NCBI GenBank assembly: GCA_905178155.1 | Contig: CAJINV010000002.1 | Location: 6,552,476-6,616,475, forward strand | Origin: Amoebophrya sp. A120 | Taxonomy: Eukaryota > Protista > Dinoflagellata | Length of the DNA: 64,000 nt | Reading direction: 5' to 3' | In this document: piece after piece, positions 23,556-33,087 of the stretch | Position numbering within the stretch: the stretch's first letter is position 1 | Layout: each line of letters opens with the position of its first letter | The notes under the pieces: model-generated | What the model saw: the letters and a program-made list of their open reading frames with translations, nothing else | Told to the model about the DNA's origin: nothing | Database searches by the model: none | Program-made: the position numbers and the translations under genes

Positions 23556-24884
23556 GGACTGGGGTTTTGATCAATTAGCTTCTGCATCTACAACTACAAA
23601 AATTTTGCAATCCAAATGTAACGCTCTTGATGTATTTTTCTTGCATGGCAAACCTCTCGTTGTTTAGACAAGCAGCGGCACCGCGACTCCGGTGTCTCGT
23701 AGTGGTCAGCAATCCTCGTATGTCGTAGATATCTATCCTAGGAATGAAAATCTGTAGCTTCAGATCCTCGCGTGTCATGCTTGAATTTCCGACAGTCTCG
23801 CACTCAGAGTTTCGGTGAACGTTACTCCGCCCACCGAGTCGGGATGGTTTCAGTGAGCTAATCTTTATATTCACAGCGACTATATTATTCCGGTCTGTAG
23901 CCGGCCAGCTTCGAACTTCTTATTTTTACTCAGCCTGCCGCCCCGCTATTACGCCGCTTGTAGTTCTAGCAATTCAAATCTCGGACCGCGGACTCCACGC
24001 AATCGGCGCAGGTTGTTTTAATTTTGACCGAGAGCTTCTCTTTGTTTCTTGCCGGTGTTGGCTCGTATCTTTCGCGCGTCCCGTTGGATGTGTTGACTAG
24101 AAAGTACCAGTACAGGAATTATTTCAGCTTGAATTGTTATCGCAAAAGGTAAAGTGTTGATATCTAGCAGTCCGCTTCCCACTAGGTGGGCCCTAGAAAA
24201 TTTCCCGAGACCGCAACAGCTCAGCAAAACAATTTTCACCTTGATTGATGCAAAACAAATTTGAAGAATTAGAAAGCCCCAGTCCACGAAGACCGTAAGT
24301 CCAGTGACACCCAGAGAAACGAACTCGAGGATCTCCAAGAACCGGACGAAAATGTTTGAACTTCTTTTTCTGACTCCTTATCAATTCCAAGTAGCACCGT
24401 GCTACATGCACCGAAGGCAATTCGGCATCAAGGTGGGTCTGTTCTGGTATTTGCAACGCACACACGTAGGCATGAGTGGGGTTTCTCCAAAAAGACCGCA
24501 GATATTGATACTCAAATCAAATAAAAGCACACAGCAGGAGGTGCGGCGACGTCGGGACGTCAATGTATGGGCAGGTCTCCACCCTCCGCCGAGGTGGCAG
24601 AATTGCGGACGACGCGACTGCCGTGTGGGCGGCAGCAGCAGCAGTAGCACTTCTAATACCAGTAGTAGCGCGTCCTTCTAATAGCAGTAACCCTAACTAC
24701 CAGCAGTAGCCGTTGGGTGTGGCAGTAGTCGGAGACTTTGGGAACAATCGAGGGGGACAAACAGGAGGAAGCAACAGGCGGAAGCAGCAGCCGCGGGGTT
24801 ACATAATACCATCATGTCGAAAAAGTGTCGTCAAATTTTTAATTTCAATTTACTCAATATACTTGACTTGGGAAATCGGACCTC

Positions 24885-26245
24885 TTAAAATCTGCATTAC
24901 AGATCCTACAAAAAATGCTTCTATTTTTCCAAATCAAAGCCACCTCGATTGTGTTGAGAATTTCTTTATGTACTCTATTGGTACCTTTTTTCCTCTAGGA
25001 GGCAATTCTCAAGTTTTGAATATCTTAACCGGTAAACAAATATATCCACGTCGTGGCTTTTGGAATTCATTTTTGGCATTTCTATTTTACACATATGAAA
25101 ATGCTGAGCAAACCAAAAAAGAAATGCAGCAAGTAATTAACAATAAACGAAAACTAAAAAATAATGATAAAAGTTTTTTGGAAAAAGTTTGCAGCGACAG
25201 CTCCAGCATCCCACCTGCGTCCAATCCAGCCTCCGATGCCACCCGTGCAGCCATGTCTGCACCTCACAAGATTGGAAAGCTTGTGATACCTGCACCAGCA
25301 ACAGGCAATGGTAAAAACACTCCATGTAGTGTTTCGCAAGATGAAAAATCGAGGCCAAGCAATCGTACAGCCACATGCAGTGCGATGCCGAGATCTGGCG
25401 CAGGCACTTTGGAAACGACGACGAGTACATGCAAAAATATGCCATGTAGTGCTACGCCCTTTCTGGTCTCGAGATCTTGCAATAGTGCGCCATGTAGTGC
25501 TACGCCTTTTACGACTACGAGAACTACCAATCGCACGTTGGAGAGTGTTACGAGTTCAAGCAATAGTACTCCATGCCGTGCTACGCCAACTACGCTATCC
25601 AGGACATGCATTACAACGCTGGAGACACAGACGAGACCTAGCAATAGTGCCCCATGTTGTGCAACGCCTTTTGCGACTGCGAGGACTTGCAATAGCACGC
25701 TGGAGACAACTAATACGGCTTCGAGTTCTTGCAAAAGTGCGATGGAGACACAATCGAGACCTTGCAATAGTACCCCATGCAGTGCTACGCCCTTACCGGT
25801 TTCGAGTTCTTGCAATAGTACGATGGAGACATCTACGACGTCATCGAGTTCTAACATCAGGACGCTAGAGACACTCTCGAGGTCTTGCAATAGTACCATG
25901 TGCAGTGCTACTTCCACTACGATTGCGAGAACTTGCAATAATACGAGGGAGCCATCTATCATGGTTCCGAGCTCAAGCACTAACACACTGGAGACTAAAT
26001 CAAGACCATCCGCTTCATCGCGCTCAGATATAAAAAACGGAAATACAACTGCTACTACCACTAAAAGACCAATAACGTCCGAAGCAGGCTGCTCTATTCC
26101 CCCGCTGAAACGAAAACTCGGGGGAGGAACCGATTGGAGAAGCGACCTTTTATTTTCCGAAAACTTTCATAAAAAGAGCTTCTGTACGACCTGCAGCCAC
26201 CATCACAACAAAACCAGCCGCGAAAGCCAGCACTGGAAATATTAA
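24885..26245 (+). pseudogene. PLE polyprotein segment 2: C-terminal half of GIY-YIG plus Cys/Ser/Thr repeat region
   Basis: LDCVENFFMYSIGTFFPLGGN matches the GIY-YIG end motif (E-x2-W/F-x3-L/I-x-T-x2-P-x-G-x-N). Same frame as the 13781 half. Confidence 0.8.
25320..25990 (+). repeat. Coding minisatellite (SRxCNSxPCSATP / CNSTLET modules)
   Basis: caatagt-type motif at about 25480, 25561, 25642, 25690, 25765, 25813, 25888 and 25936 (spacings 81, 48 and 75 nt, all multiples of 3). Confidence 0.85.
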
Positions 26246-29200
26246 TCATAATAGTAATGCGGTAAAACTAATTACAGAAAACAAAATCATTGTGCCCGGA
26301 AACACTTCTGCTCCAGACATGTTAGACGACGACACTCCGGAAAAAATCAATGATATTTTGGTAGCTCAAAATATGAAGTCTGACTCGCTCGACCAAGGAG
26401 CTGCTGCTTCTGCTCTTCAATCCGCGCACCTGCGAGCTTTCAACCTAGACTCAACTGATGCCGACACAATCATCCCGCAGTCTTCTCAACACAGTGAGCC
26501 GACGACGATCAAAACGCCCACTCTGCAAGAAAAACCTCCACGCACACACGCGCGACCTGCAGATGCTTTTCACGAGCGTTCTGATATGCCGCTGGTGCCG
26601 GAATTCAAAATGCTATTTTGTCTGGGACGGAAAAACACGCGAGTAGTAGTCCAGCATGTAGCGAATATGTGGACTGAACAAGAACGAAAAGCGACGCGGA
26701 AAAAAGCAGAGCTCGAGGATACGAGGCACAAGATGAAGTTGCTGGCTCTTTTGTTTGCAAAGCGGATTCATGGTGCCTCCGAATCCCTCAAATCGTTTGC
26801 AGCTGGTAGAGAAAAAGTCTCCAGCAGCAAAATCGTCCCGCCTCCAATTCCGGGCTTAGCGCGGCGATTGAAGCATCAGATAGCCTGCGCCTACGACCAC
26901 TTCCAAGATTTCACTGCAGACCAGAAGCCGGTGGCTACGGGGAAAGTTCCATCTTCCGCCGTGCCTGTTTTTAGCAACAATTCGTCCACAGCCGACGAAT
27001 ACACTCCTGCATACCAAGAAACGCACCCGAAAAAGCTTAAGTGCCACCTCTCCAAACAGTCATGCCTTGCGACGAAAACGACTAGTGGAGCCAGAGCTTC
27101 TGTTTCAAACATCCAAGCGGAAAGTCCACCGATCCCAGGACGTTTGCAGCCAGAAGGTGGAGTAGAAACCAAGCCACTAATCCGAAAACGTCCCCAGATT
27201 GAAACATTGCTTCCGCCGCTGCCTGAAGATGATGAACACGATGTCGGAATATCGAGGTTTATACACGTTGACGAAGAGGTGCAGCACGACCAAAATCGAC
27301 ACGAAAATGCTGCTGCTTCTCAATCTTCAATGATTCTGCCAGCGGTAGATGTTCAGCGCGCTCCTGTAAGTGAAGATGAAGTCAGTGCTTCCTCCTGTGT
27401 CCTAGAAGCTTCTACGACGCCAGCATCTACTTCCCTATTCGTCGACTCAAGCATAAGCCAGCGCATTCTGCCCATCGTTGATCCAGATACTGCTTCTGAC
27501 TTCTCCGCCTCACAGGAATTTTTTGAAAACGAGCAAGACAAACCACTTCCCAGTTGCCGGGGGGAAGCTAAAGCTAGTCGCTCAGCAGAAGAATTGATAT
27601 TCGGTGAGCAGTTGGCTGCTGTGCGGGCTCAGAAGAACAAAAAAGCAGTAGCTTCTGTACACCAAATTACACACCGTCGCACATCTACAGCAGCAATAAA
27701 GTGTGGAAATTTCAAGAGCCGTCTCTACGTCCAGCAGAGCATCGCTTTTTGGGAAGCTTGGCTTACGGAAACCGACATCGAAACAGTAATAAAATCAAAA
27801 CCCAATTGCTGGCGGCTAATAATCCAGACGGTTGTGTTGTTTTTTCCCAAAACCGAACACGGGATAGCCACCCTACAGCAACAACTTCTGAGATCACAAA
27901 AAATCTCTTCTCACTTGAAGGAAGCGATATTCGACGCCATGCACTTCGGAGCTGCAGACAAACCTAAGCCACCACGTCCACCCGGCTCCTTCAAGTCTCC
28001 GATCGTTTTGCTGTGGCATAGCCCGACTGTGGAAAAGGCGAATATAGCCGGAATTTTGAAAGCAGCCAACCTGCACGAGAAGTGCATGATCTCATGGGCC
28101 TATAATACACCCGAAAGCGTCGGACTTTTCAACGCGCGGCATTTGGTACAGAAGAAATTTCACAAGTGTGATCTTTTGTGCAGTTGTGCCTACTACCGTG
28201 GAATTTTGAACGAAAAGTATTTCGTTCGCGGCCACCTCTGCATTGCCCCGGACGAGTTCGGGCAGTTGTTGTGCAAGGACGACGCGCGCGTCTGGTGTCG
28301 GGACATACGTATGCTCGACGATGCATTTCGCTCCGCCATGCCGTACTCCACCGAGACCCTCTTCGAACGTGTGCAGCAAGGATTTGACGCTGTTGCACTT
28401 GCACAAATCAGAAACGAAGTAGGCGAAAGGATCGAGACTTTCCAGAAAACAAATCCAGCGGCGTACGCAAAGTTAGCAGCTTCCGAGGATCTCGAGGAGA
28501 TGAGGGATTTGATAACTAGAGCGCAGTCTCGCGGCCTGGTGGATTGCCGCGCGGACAAGATCAGCAATCCGTTCAGGATCTGCAGGGCACTACTATCAGT
28601 AGTAGTTCGTGACCTTTGCGGAGTAGTGACTTTTACAAGTCTAAATGCTGCAAACAAAGCAACAAAAGCAAAACAAAAAGAACAAACCGAAGACCCTGCT
28701 GTTGCTTTTCAGAAATCAGTTTCGGCGAAGCAGTCTCCATCAGCCGTGTCCATCGAATCCCTACCCGGTCACGTAGAAACTCCATCCCAGCCGTTCCTCC
28801 CGAACCAGATGAGAATTAGCCAAGATGGGGCCATGGCTTTGAACCTGACCTACGTGAACCACAAGGCCCGGCCCACTCTGAAATTCCGGGAAAGTGAAGC
28901 TGTTTCTGTTGCAAGCTCTCTTTTGGTTGCTGATGCCTACCGGAAACTAAGCGACGAAGTAACCGCTAACAACTTCTTCTGCTGCCCCCTCTTCTCAAGC
29001 ATGAACGTGTACGAGGACAAAGTTCTTTACGTTGCGAATTCAAGCTTCTTCGTAGTGCAACTTTGTGGGTGGATAATGAGAGACGTCTATCTCCCGCAGC
29101 ATCACAGCGTCGATAGATCTTCCATAAATATTCGCAACTTGGACCACCTCGTGGCCAACGACAACATCGCTCGGAATCCAATCGAGTTGCTGAAGCCGTT

Positions 29201-31283
29201 GTTGCAGAAAAAGTTGCGTCTGGGGTACAAGTACGACAAAGAAGCAAGTACGTACTTTCGTCGGAGAGGAAAACAGCGCGGAGCCAAAAAACGCAAAAAG
29301 GAAAAACCTCACAACTACAAATCAGTGATGCAGTCGTACAAGCGGGGTCCGCAGTCGCGACCTAATGCAAGATGGTGTAAAAAACGGAGCAACATCATCA
29401 GCAAGCTTCCTTCCGAATCTCCGCCAGAAATAAAAAACTCTGCTGCTACCGGTGCCAAGTTCTCCATCCGACCGCTGATGCAGGTTATCGGAGCTTCAGC
29501 AAAATGGAGCTTATCATCTGCTGCAGCTAGCCTCCGAGCATCGAAAGACGAAAATGCAGGGTGGAGCCAGCATGATTTGGATGCCGCCATTGCTAATTCG
29601 CTAGCAGATCAAGCAACTTTGGACTTGCAGACTCAGCGTCTACGCCAGCGCGTGCAAGAAGCGGGCTTCAAGATACTACCTGTTGAAGAAGATGGCAACT
29701 GCTGTCTCAGAGCGATATCGCAGTCGTTGCACAATTCCCAAGTGCATCACGAGTACTACCGCATGCGTGGCATCCAGCACCTCATCGACAATCGCAACCA
29801 TTATCAAAATTTCCTCCAAGAAGATCCAGCGTTTCCAACTTCCGACGAAACCTGGCGCAACTACATCCAGTGCATGGCGGTTGCCGGCTGCTGGGCTGAT
29901 CATGTTATCCTGAGTGCAGTTGCAGCTAGCGGAAATATCATCTTCAAGCTGATAACAACATACGAGGACGATGCTCCGATTGTTGTTAAGGGGCCACAAG
30001 CCAGCGCTGCTTCCTCATCACCTCGAATGGTAACCCTAGCGTTCCGCGCGGAGGTGCATTATGATGCTGGAGAGCCCCTCCCCGCAAATACCGCGATGCC
30101 AGTTCATGCGGATGCCGTGGGAGAGGACAACGTTGAAGGCAGAGCAGCGGTGGACATCGACATACGCGAAAATGCAGAAGTAGTGAAACCTGGAGCCGCC
30201 CAAGCAATTTTCGAAGACGCAATGAAAGCAGCAAATAAAGCACTAAGAGCAGAGTACGCGAGAAGCCTTGCTCGAAAACATCAAAAGCAATTACGCGGCG
30301 GTGGTTTCGGATCGTCAGTGCTCGCTTCACAAAAAAACAGGAAAAGCGAGGTCCTGTCCCCGGCTTCTAGCTCTGCGCGCTCGTCTTCATCATCTCCGTG
30401 TTCTACGAAAAGCGATAAGTTTCCTTTTGATTTAGTCCCATGCAAGTCGAAAGCTTCCACGTCGCAAACAGGGATACGAGCTTCGACGTCGGCCTCTCCA
30501 TCTTCAGCCACCAAGCTCCCATCACATCAGATTTTGTGTGCAGGCGCTACGACGACATCCTCATCATCGTCTGCTGTTCCGGCGGGATTAAAAAAGTCCA
30601 GTCATGTATCACAAAAAGCGCAGGCGTCCTCATCTGCCACGTCAGCATCCGCTGCTGTGTCTCATCCATCGAAAAAAGCTTCTACAGCAAAGAGCAAATC
30701 GCCAGCCACGTCCAACAGTAAGTCCGCCTTTGGAAAGCAAATCGGATTTGTTTTTTCAGCAGACTCGCGGGCGAAGTCAAAAGAAAGTGGAAGGGCGGCA
30801 GCAGTCCAGAACAATAGTGGAAAGCATGCCCATCCATACACAGCTGCGATAAAAACAAGCAACACCTCGAAGACAACGTCCGAGCCTACAAGTAAAGCAG
30901 CCTTTTCGTCATCCGTGATGAGTTGTGTTTCAAATGCAATCAGGAGCAAGGCCTCGATGGTGAATATTCCGCATACAGCATTACTCTCTTCGTCTACAAG
31001 CTTGCTGAACCACAATGCTGCGCCTGTGCCTCCCCCTCGACAACCACGGGTGGAAACGCAAAGCAAATTTGCATCGGTGCGAGAAGATGCTCTACCTGTC
31101 CATGAAGAAGACGCTCCGCAGAGACACCCTCCTCCACCACCTAAATTAATCCCGCGGCCGCACCAAAAACCCGAAGAAACAGTTGTTCCCGTGCGGAAAA
31201 TTCCTGCAGCGCAAGCCGATATTCTTCCCCCACCGAAAAAGCGTGGAGGTAAGTGGGAACGCGACCGGATAAAAAAAGTATAG
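26109..31283 (+). CDS. PLE polyprotein segment 3: CxC linker, RT N-terminal ADK motif, UIM-like motif, OTU cysteine protease, Ser-rich tail
   Basis: Frame is open from 26109. CMISWAYNTPESVGLFN...LCSCAYY...RGHLCIAPD; CRADKISNPFRICR...RDLCG; HDLDAAIANSLAD (29571); PVEEDGNCCLRAIS...CWADHVILSAVA...LAFRAEVHYDA. Confidence 0.85.
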   Translation, partial: NENSGEEPIGEATFYFPKTFIKRASVRPAATITTKPAAKASTGNINHNSNAVKLITENKIIVPGNTSAPDMLDDDTPEKINDILVAQNMKSDSLDQGAAASALQSAHLRAFNLDSTDADTIIPQSSQHSEPTTIKTPTLQEKPPRTHARPADAFHERSDMPLVPEFKMLFCLGRKNTRVVVQHVANMWTEQERKATRKKAELEDTRHKMKLLALLFAKRIHGASESLKSFAAGREKVSSSKIVPPPIPGLARRLKHQIACAYDHFQDFTADQKPVATGKVPSSAVPVFSNNSSTADEYTPAYQETHPKKLKCHLSKQSCLATKTTSGARASVSNIQAESPPIPGRLQPEGGVETKPLIRKRPQIETLLPPLPEDDEHDVGISRFIHVDEEVQHDQNRHENAAASQSSMILPAVDVQRAPVSEDEVSASSCVLEASTTPASTSLFVDSSISQRILPIVDPDTASDFSASQEFFENEQDKPLPSCRGEAKASRSAEELIFGEQLAAVRAQKNKKAVASVHQITHRRTSTAAIKCGNFKSRLYVQQSIAFWEAWLTETDIETVIKSKPNCWRLIIQTVVLFFPKTEHGIATLQQQLLRSQKISSHLKEAIFDAMHFGAADKPKPPRPPGSFKSPIVLLWHSPTVEKANIAGILKAANLHEKCMISWAYNTPESVGLFNARHLVQKKFHKCDLLCSCAYYRGILNEKYFVRGHLCIAPDEFGQLLCKDDARVWCRDIRMLDDAFRSAMPYSTETLFERVQQGFDAVALAQIRNEVGERIETFQKTNPAAYAKLAASEDLEEMRDLITRAQSRGLVDCRADKISNPFRICRALLSVVVRDLCGVVTFTSLNAANKATKAKQKEQTEDPAVAFQKSVSAKQSPSAVSIESLPGHVETPSQPFLPNQMRISQDGAMALNLTYVNHKARPTLKFRESEAVSVASSLLVADAYRKLSDEVTANNFFCCPLFSSMNVYEDKVLYVANSSFFVVQLCGWIMRDVYLPQHHSVDRSSINIRNLDHLVANDNIARNPIELLKPLLQKKLRLGYKYDKEASTYFRRRGKQRGAKKRKKEKPHNYKSVMQSYKRGPQSRPNARWCKKRSNIISKLPSESPPEIKNSAATGAKFSIRPLMQVIGASAKWSLSSAAASLRASKDENAGWSQHDLDAAIANSLADQATLDLQTQRLRQRVQEAGFKILPVEEDGNCCLRAISQSLHNSQVHHEYYRMRGIQHLIDNRNHYQNFLQEDPAFPTSDETWRNYIQCMAVAGCWADHVILSAVAASGNIIFKLITTYEDDAPIVVKGPQASAASSSPRMVTLAFRAEVHYDAGEPLPANTAMPVHADAVGEDNVEGRAAVDIDIRENAEVVKPGAAQAIFEDAMKAANKALRAEYARSLARKHQKQLRGGGFGSSVLASQKNRKSEVLSPASSSARSSSSSPCSTKSDKFPFDLVPCKSKASTSQTGIRASTSASPSSATKLPSHQILCAGATTTSSSSSAVPAGLKKSSHVSQKAQASSSATSASAAVSHPSKKASTAKSKSPATSNSKSAFGKQIGFVFSADSRAKSKESGRAAAVQNNSGKHAHPYTAAIKTSNTSKTTSEPTSKAAFSSSVMSCVSNAIRSKASMVNIPHTALLSSSTSLLNHNAAPVPPPRQPRVETQSKFASVREDALPVHEEDAPQRHPPPPPKLIPRPHQKPEETVVPVRKIPAAQADILPPPKKRGGKWERDRIKKV

Positions 31284-33087
31284 AAAATTTCAAGCCGACA
31301 TGAAGAATTTACGCACGCGAAAACACTATCTCCGCCTCTTCATGAAGCAGAGACGTATTGGAGCAATAGCGGAGAGGGTGGAACCAGAGTCACTTCCAAC
31401 CCGAAAGCCGCGCACTCAGCAAGACAACTTCGCTTCAAATTGCAATACTGTGACTACTTTCGCGGAGGACAACAGATGGTGGCGGGATAATAAGTGGTGG
31501 CTGAATTTTTACTGGAGTTCTACACGTTGGGGTGAACGCGAAAACGAGGAGCCACGCAATCCATGGGTAAATTCTTACAGCATGTATGATGGTGCTGATG
31601 TCGACTGTTTAACTAACGACCCGCGACTACGAGCAGGCCGCGATAACTTCCTGAAGATTATGTGCAACTTCTCCGAGGACGAGTTGCAGGATTTGCAAAA
31701 TTACAGCATCGAAACTGTAGACCACGCTCATGCTACGGCACAGCGGAAACAGGCAGAATTTGATACGGGTGTCCCGGACTTTTTCAACGTTCCCCTGTCG
31801 TACGATCTAAAAGAAGGAACTGATTTTGTGATGAACGTCGACCCCAACAATTTAAAACCGGGCATGTTGATAGGGGATGGTGCTTACGAGGTTTGCAATA
31901 TGGATTTAAATGCTGCTAAAAATACACTGAGGCAGCGCATCGCTCCTGCCCTCCATACAGGAATTGCAAGTGCGTCAAGACTCTCGTATTTATATCCTAG
32001 TGCTAAAATGCACAAAGCCCCCATTATTGCATTCCGCCCAATTTGTTCTGCAACGAATAAAACCCCAATAAGTGTTTTAAGTGATACATTAAAGCATGTG
32101 TTAGATTATGTTTTGCTGCAAGTACCACAGGGGTTCCGAGTGCGGGATAGTCTGGGAGCAAAAAAGAAGATAATGCAAGGAGAATATAGGTCATTTTACA
32201 AAGGTGATTCTAGTTCAGTGTGTATGTGTTTAAAACGCGGCACATTGATACGAATTCTAAATGAGCAAATCCATTTTGCATTGAAACACCACCAGCATGA
32301 TTTCTTTCTTTTTTATAAATCTGGCATGCGCGTAGCTAAAGCTCTACCATCTAAGCGCGATGGTATCCTTGCTATTTTGCGCTACAGTGACTTATTCCAA
32401 GTTATGAAATCATGGTTATGCTGTAATTATGTAAACGTAAGTGGTTTGACATTATTACAGCGTATAGGCATCCCTATGGGATTGTCGAGCGCAAACTCGA
32501 TTATAGACTGTGTACTTTGTAATTTAGAGTCACGCTTTTTAAGTGGCCTATCATCAACAGAACGACAGCGATACGCTGGCACCTGTCGTTTTGTTGATGA
32601 TGTCATTAGTGAAAGCACTAATTTTGTTTCAGCTTGGCGCTCCATATACAAGGACACGGGACTGGAATTGGAAACGGAAACGCTCGGCAGTTCTGCGGTA
32701 TTTTTGGACCTGGAGCTGACGATCGTCAAAGGGACAGCTTTTTTCAAAACTTTTTCCAAAAGCAGTTTGTTCAAGTTTGCAGTGAGTAGGTATGTAACAG
32801 GGCGATCCTGCATATCTAAAAGTACTATTTTTTCAAGTTTTTGTGGCAGTTTCCTTCGTTTTTATTCTAACAATAATTTAGCTTTTTTCTTCCTTAGAGA
32901 AGTAGCAGAGCTTATTTTGCGTATGAAGAACTTACTAAATTTTAACATTTTTCGAAAAACAATAGATATACTCCTGTCCCGCCACAACGAAAACAAGTGG
33001 CTCGATTCCGTTTCCTTCCGCCGTATCCTCTTATCTTTCTGCATGCAAGTATTGGACTATAAATTCCAGTATTTGACTACAGAATAA
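31273..33087 (+). CDS. PLE polyprotein segment 4: reverse transcriptase core and thumb
   Basis: LSYLYPSAKMHKAP..FRPICS, KGDSSS (degenerate motif A), QRIGIPMG (32458), RFVDDV (32587), AVFLDLEL, FKFAVSRY...SCISKS. No C-terminal endonuclease. Confidence 0.92.
   Translation, partial: KKYRKFQADMKNLRTRKHYLRLFMKQRRIGAIAERVEPESLPTRKPRTQQDNFASNCNTVTTFAEDNRWWRDNKWWLNFYWSSTRWGERENEEPRNPWVNSYSMYDGADVDCLTNDPRLRAGRDNFLKIMCNFSEDELQDLQNYSIETVDHAHATAQRKQAEFDTGVPDFFNVPLSYDLKEGTDFVMNVDPNNLKPGMLIGDGAYEVCNMDLNAAKNTLRQRIAPALHTGIASASRLSYLYPSAKMHKAPIIAFRPICSATNKTPISVLSDTLKHVLDYVLLQVPQGFRVRDSLGAKKKIMQGEYRSFYKGDSSSVCMCLKRGTLIRILNEQIHFALKHHQHDFFLFYKSGMRVAKALPSKRDGILAILRYSDLFQVMKSWLCCNYVNVSGLTLLQRIGIPMGLSSANSIIDCVLCNLESRFLSGLSSTERQRYAGTCRFVDDVISESTNFVSAWRSIYKDTGLELETETLGSSAVFLDLELTIVKGTAFFKTFSKSSLFKFAVSRYVTGRSCISKSTIFSSFCGSFLRFYSNNNLAFFFLREVAELILRMKNLLNFNIFRKTIDILLSRHNENKWLDSVSFRRILLSFCMQVLDYKFQYLTTE

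Larger units (their letters stand above)
14048..24884 (+). mobile_element. 10.8-kb TIR DNA transposon encoding a DDE-type transposase and a second unknown protein (superfamily unresolved; hAT/Kolobok-like features)
   Basis: Left TIR 14048-14090 gaggttcgattcccaagtcaagtaaatttagtaaattgaaatt versus reverse complement of 24841-24884 gaggtccgatttcccaagtcaagtatattgagtaaattgaaatt (3 mismatches, 1 gap). Flanks TTAT and TTAA. The sequences on either side are the two halves of one GIY-YIG domain. Confidence 0.88.
13781..33087 (+). mobile_element. Giant Penelope-like retroelement with N-terminal endonuclease (Naiad/Chlamys-type), carrying UIM-like + OTU cargo; disrupted by a nested DNA transposon
   Basis: Collinear motifs: GIY-YIG halves at 13820-14047 and 24885-25010; CxC linker at 28180; ADK motif at 28551; OTU at about 29667-30068; RT core at 31870-33087. 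Element termini were not resolved. Confidence 0.85.

Noticed and set aside
24686-24700. taaccctaac telomeric seed
   Set aside because: Fewer than two units within a low-complexity tract; compatible with chance.
14048-24884. This transposase as the mobiliser of the TAT...ATA introners
   Set aside because: The termini (GAGG...CCTC) and flanks do not match TAT...ATA with a 5-bp TSD; no supporting evidence in this window.
24304-24884. GIY-YIG N-terminus in ORF 24304-24681, or a genuine start at 24713
   Set aside because: This sequence lies inside the transposon's right end; the real EN N-terminus is at 13781-14047.
25264-26061. Minus-strand 265-aa hydrophobic ORF, and other long minus-strand ORFs such as 43456-44364 and 50180-51127
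   Set aside because: These are antisense shadows of plus-strand coding or repeat sequence, with no independent motifs.
31300-33087. Endonuclease-less (Athena/Coprina-type) PLE, telomerase, or bacterial retron/group II RT
   Set aside because: The GIY-YIG is present upstream, split by a transposon, and the CxC/ADK motifs point to the N-terminal-EN clade.
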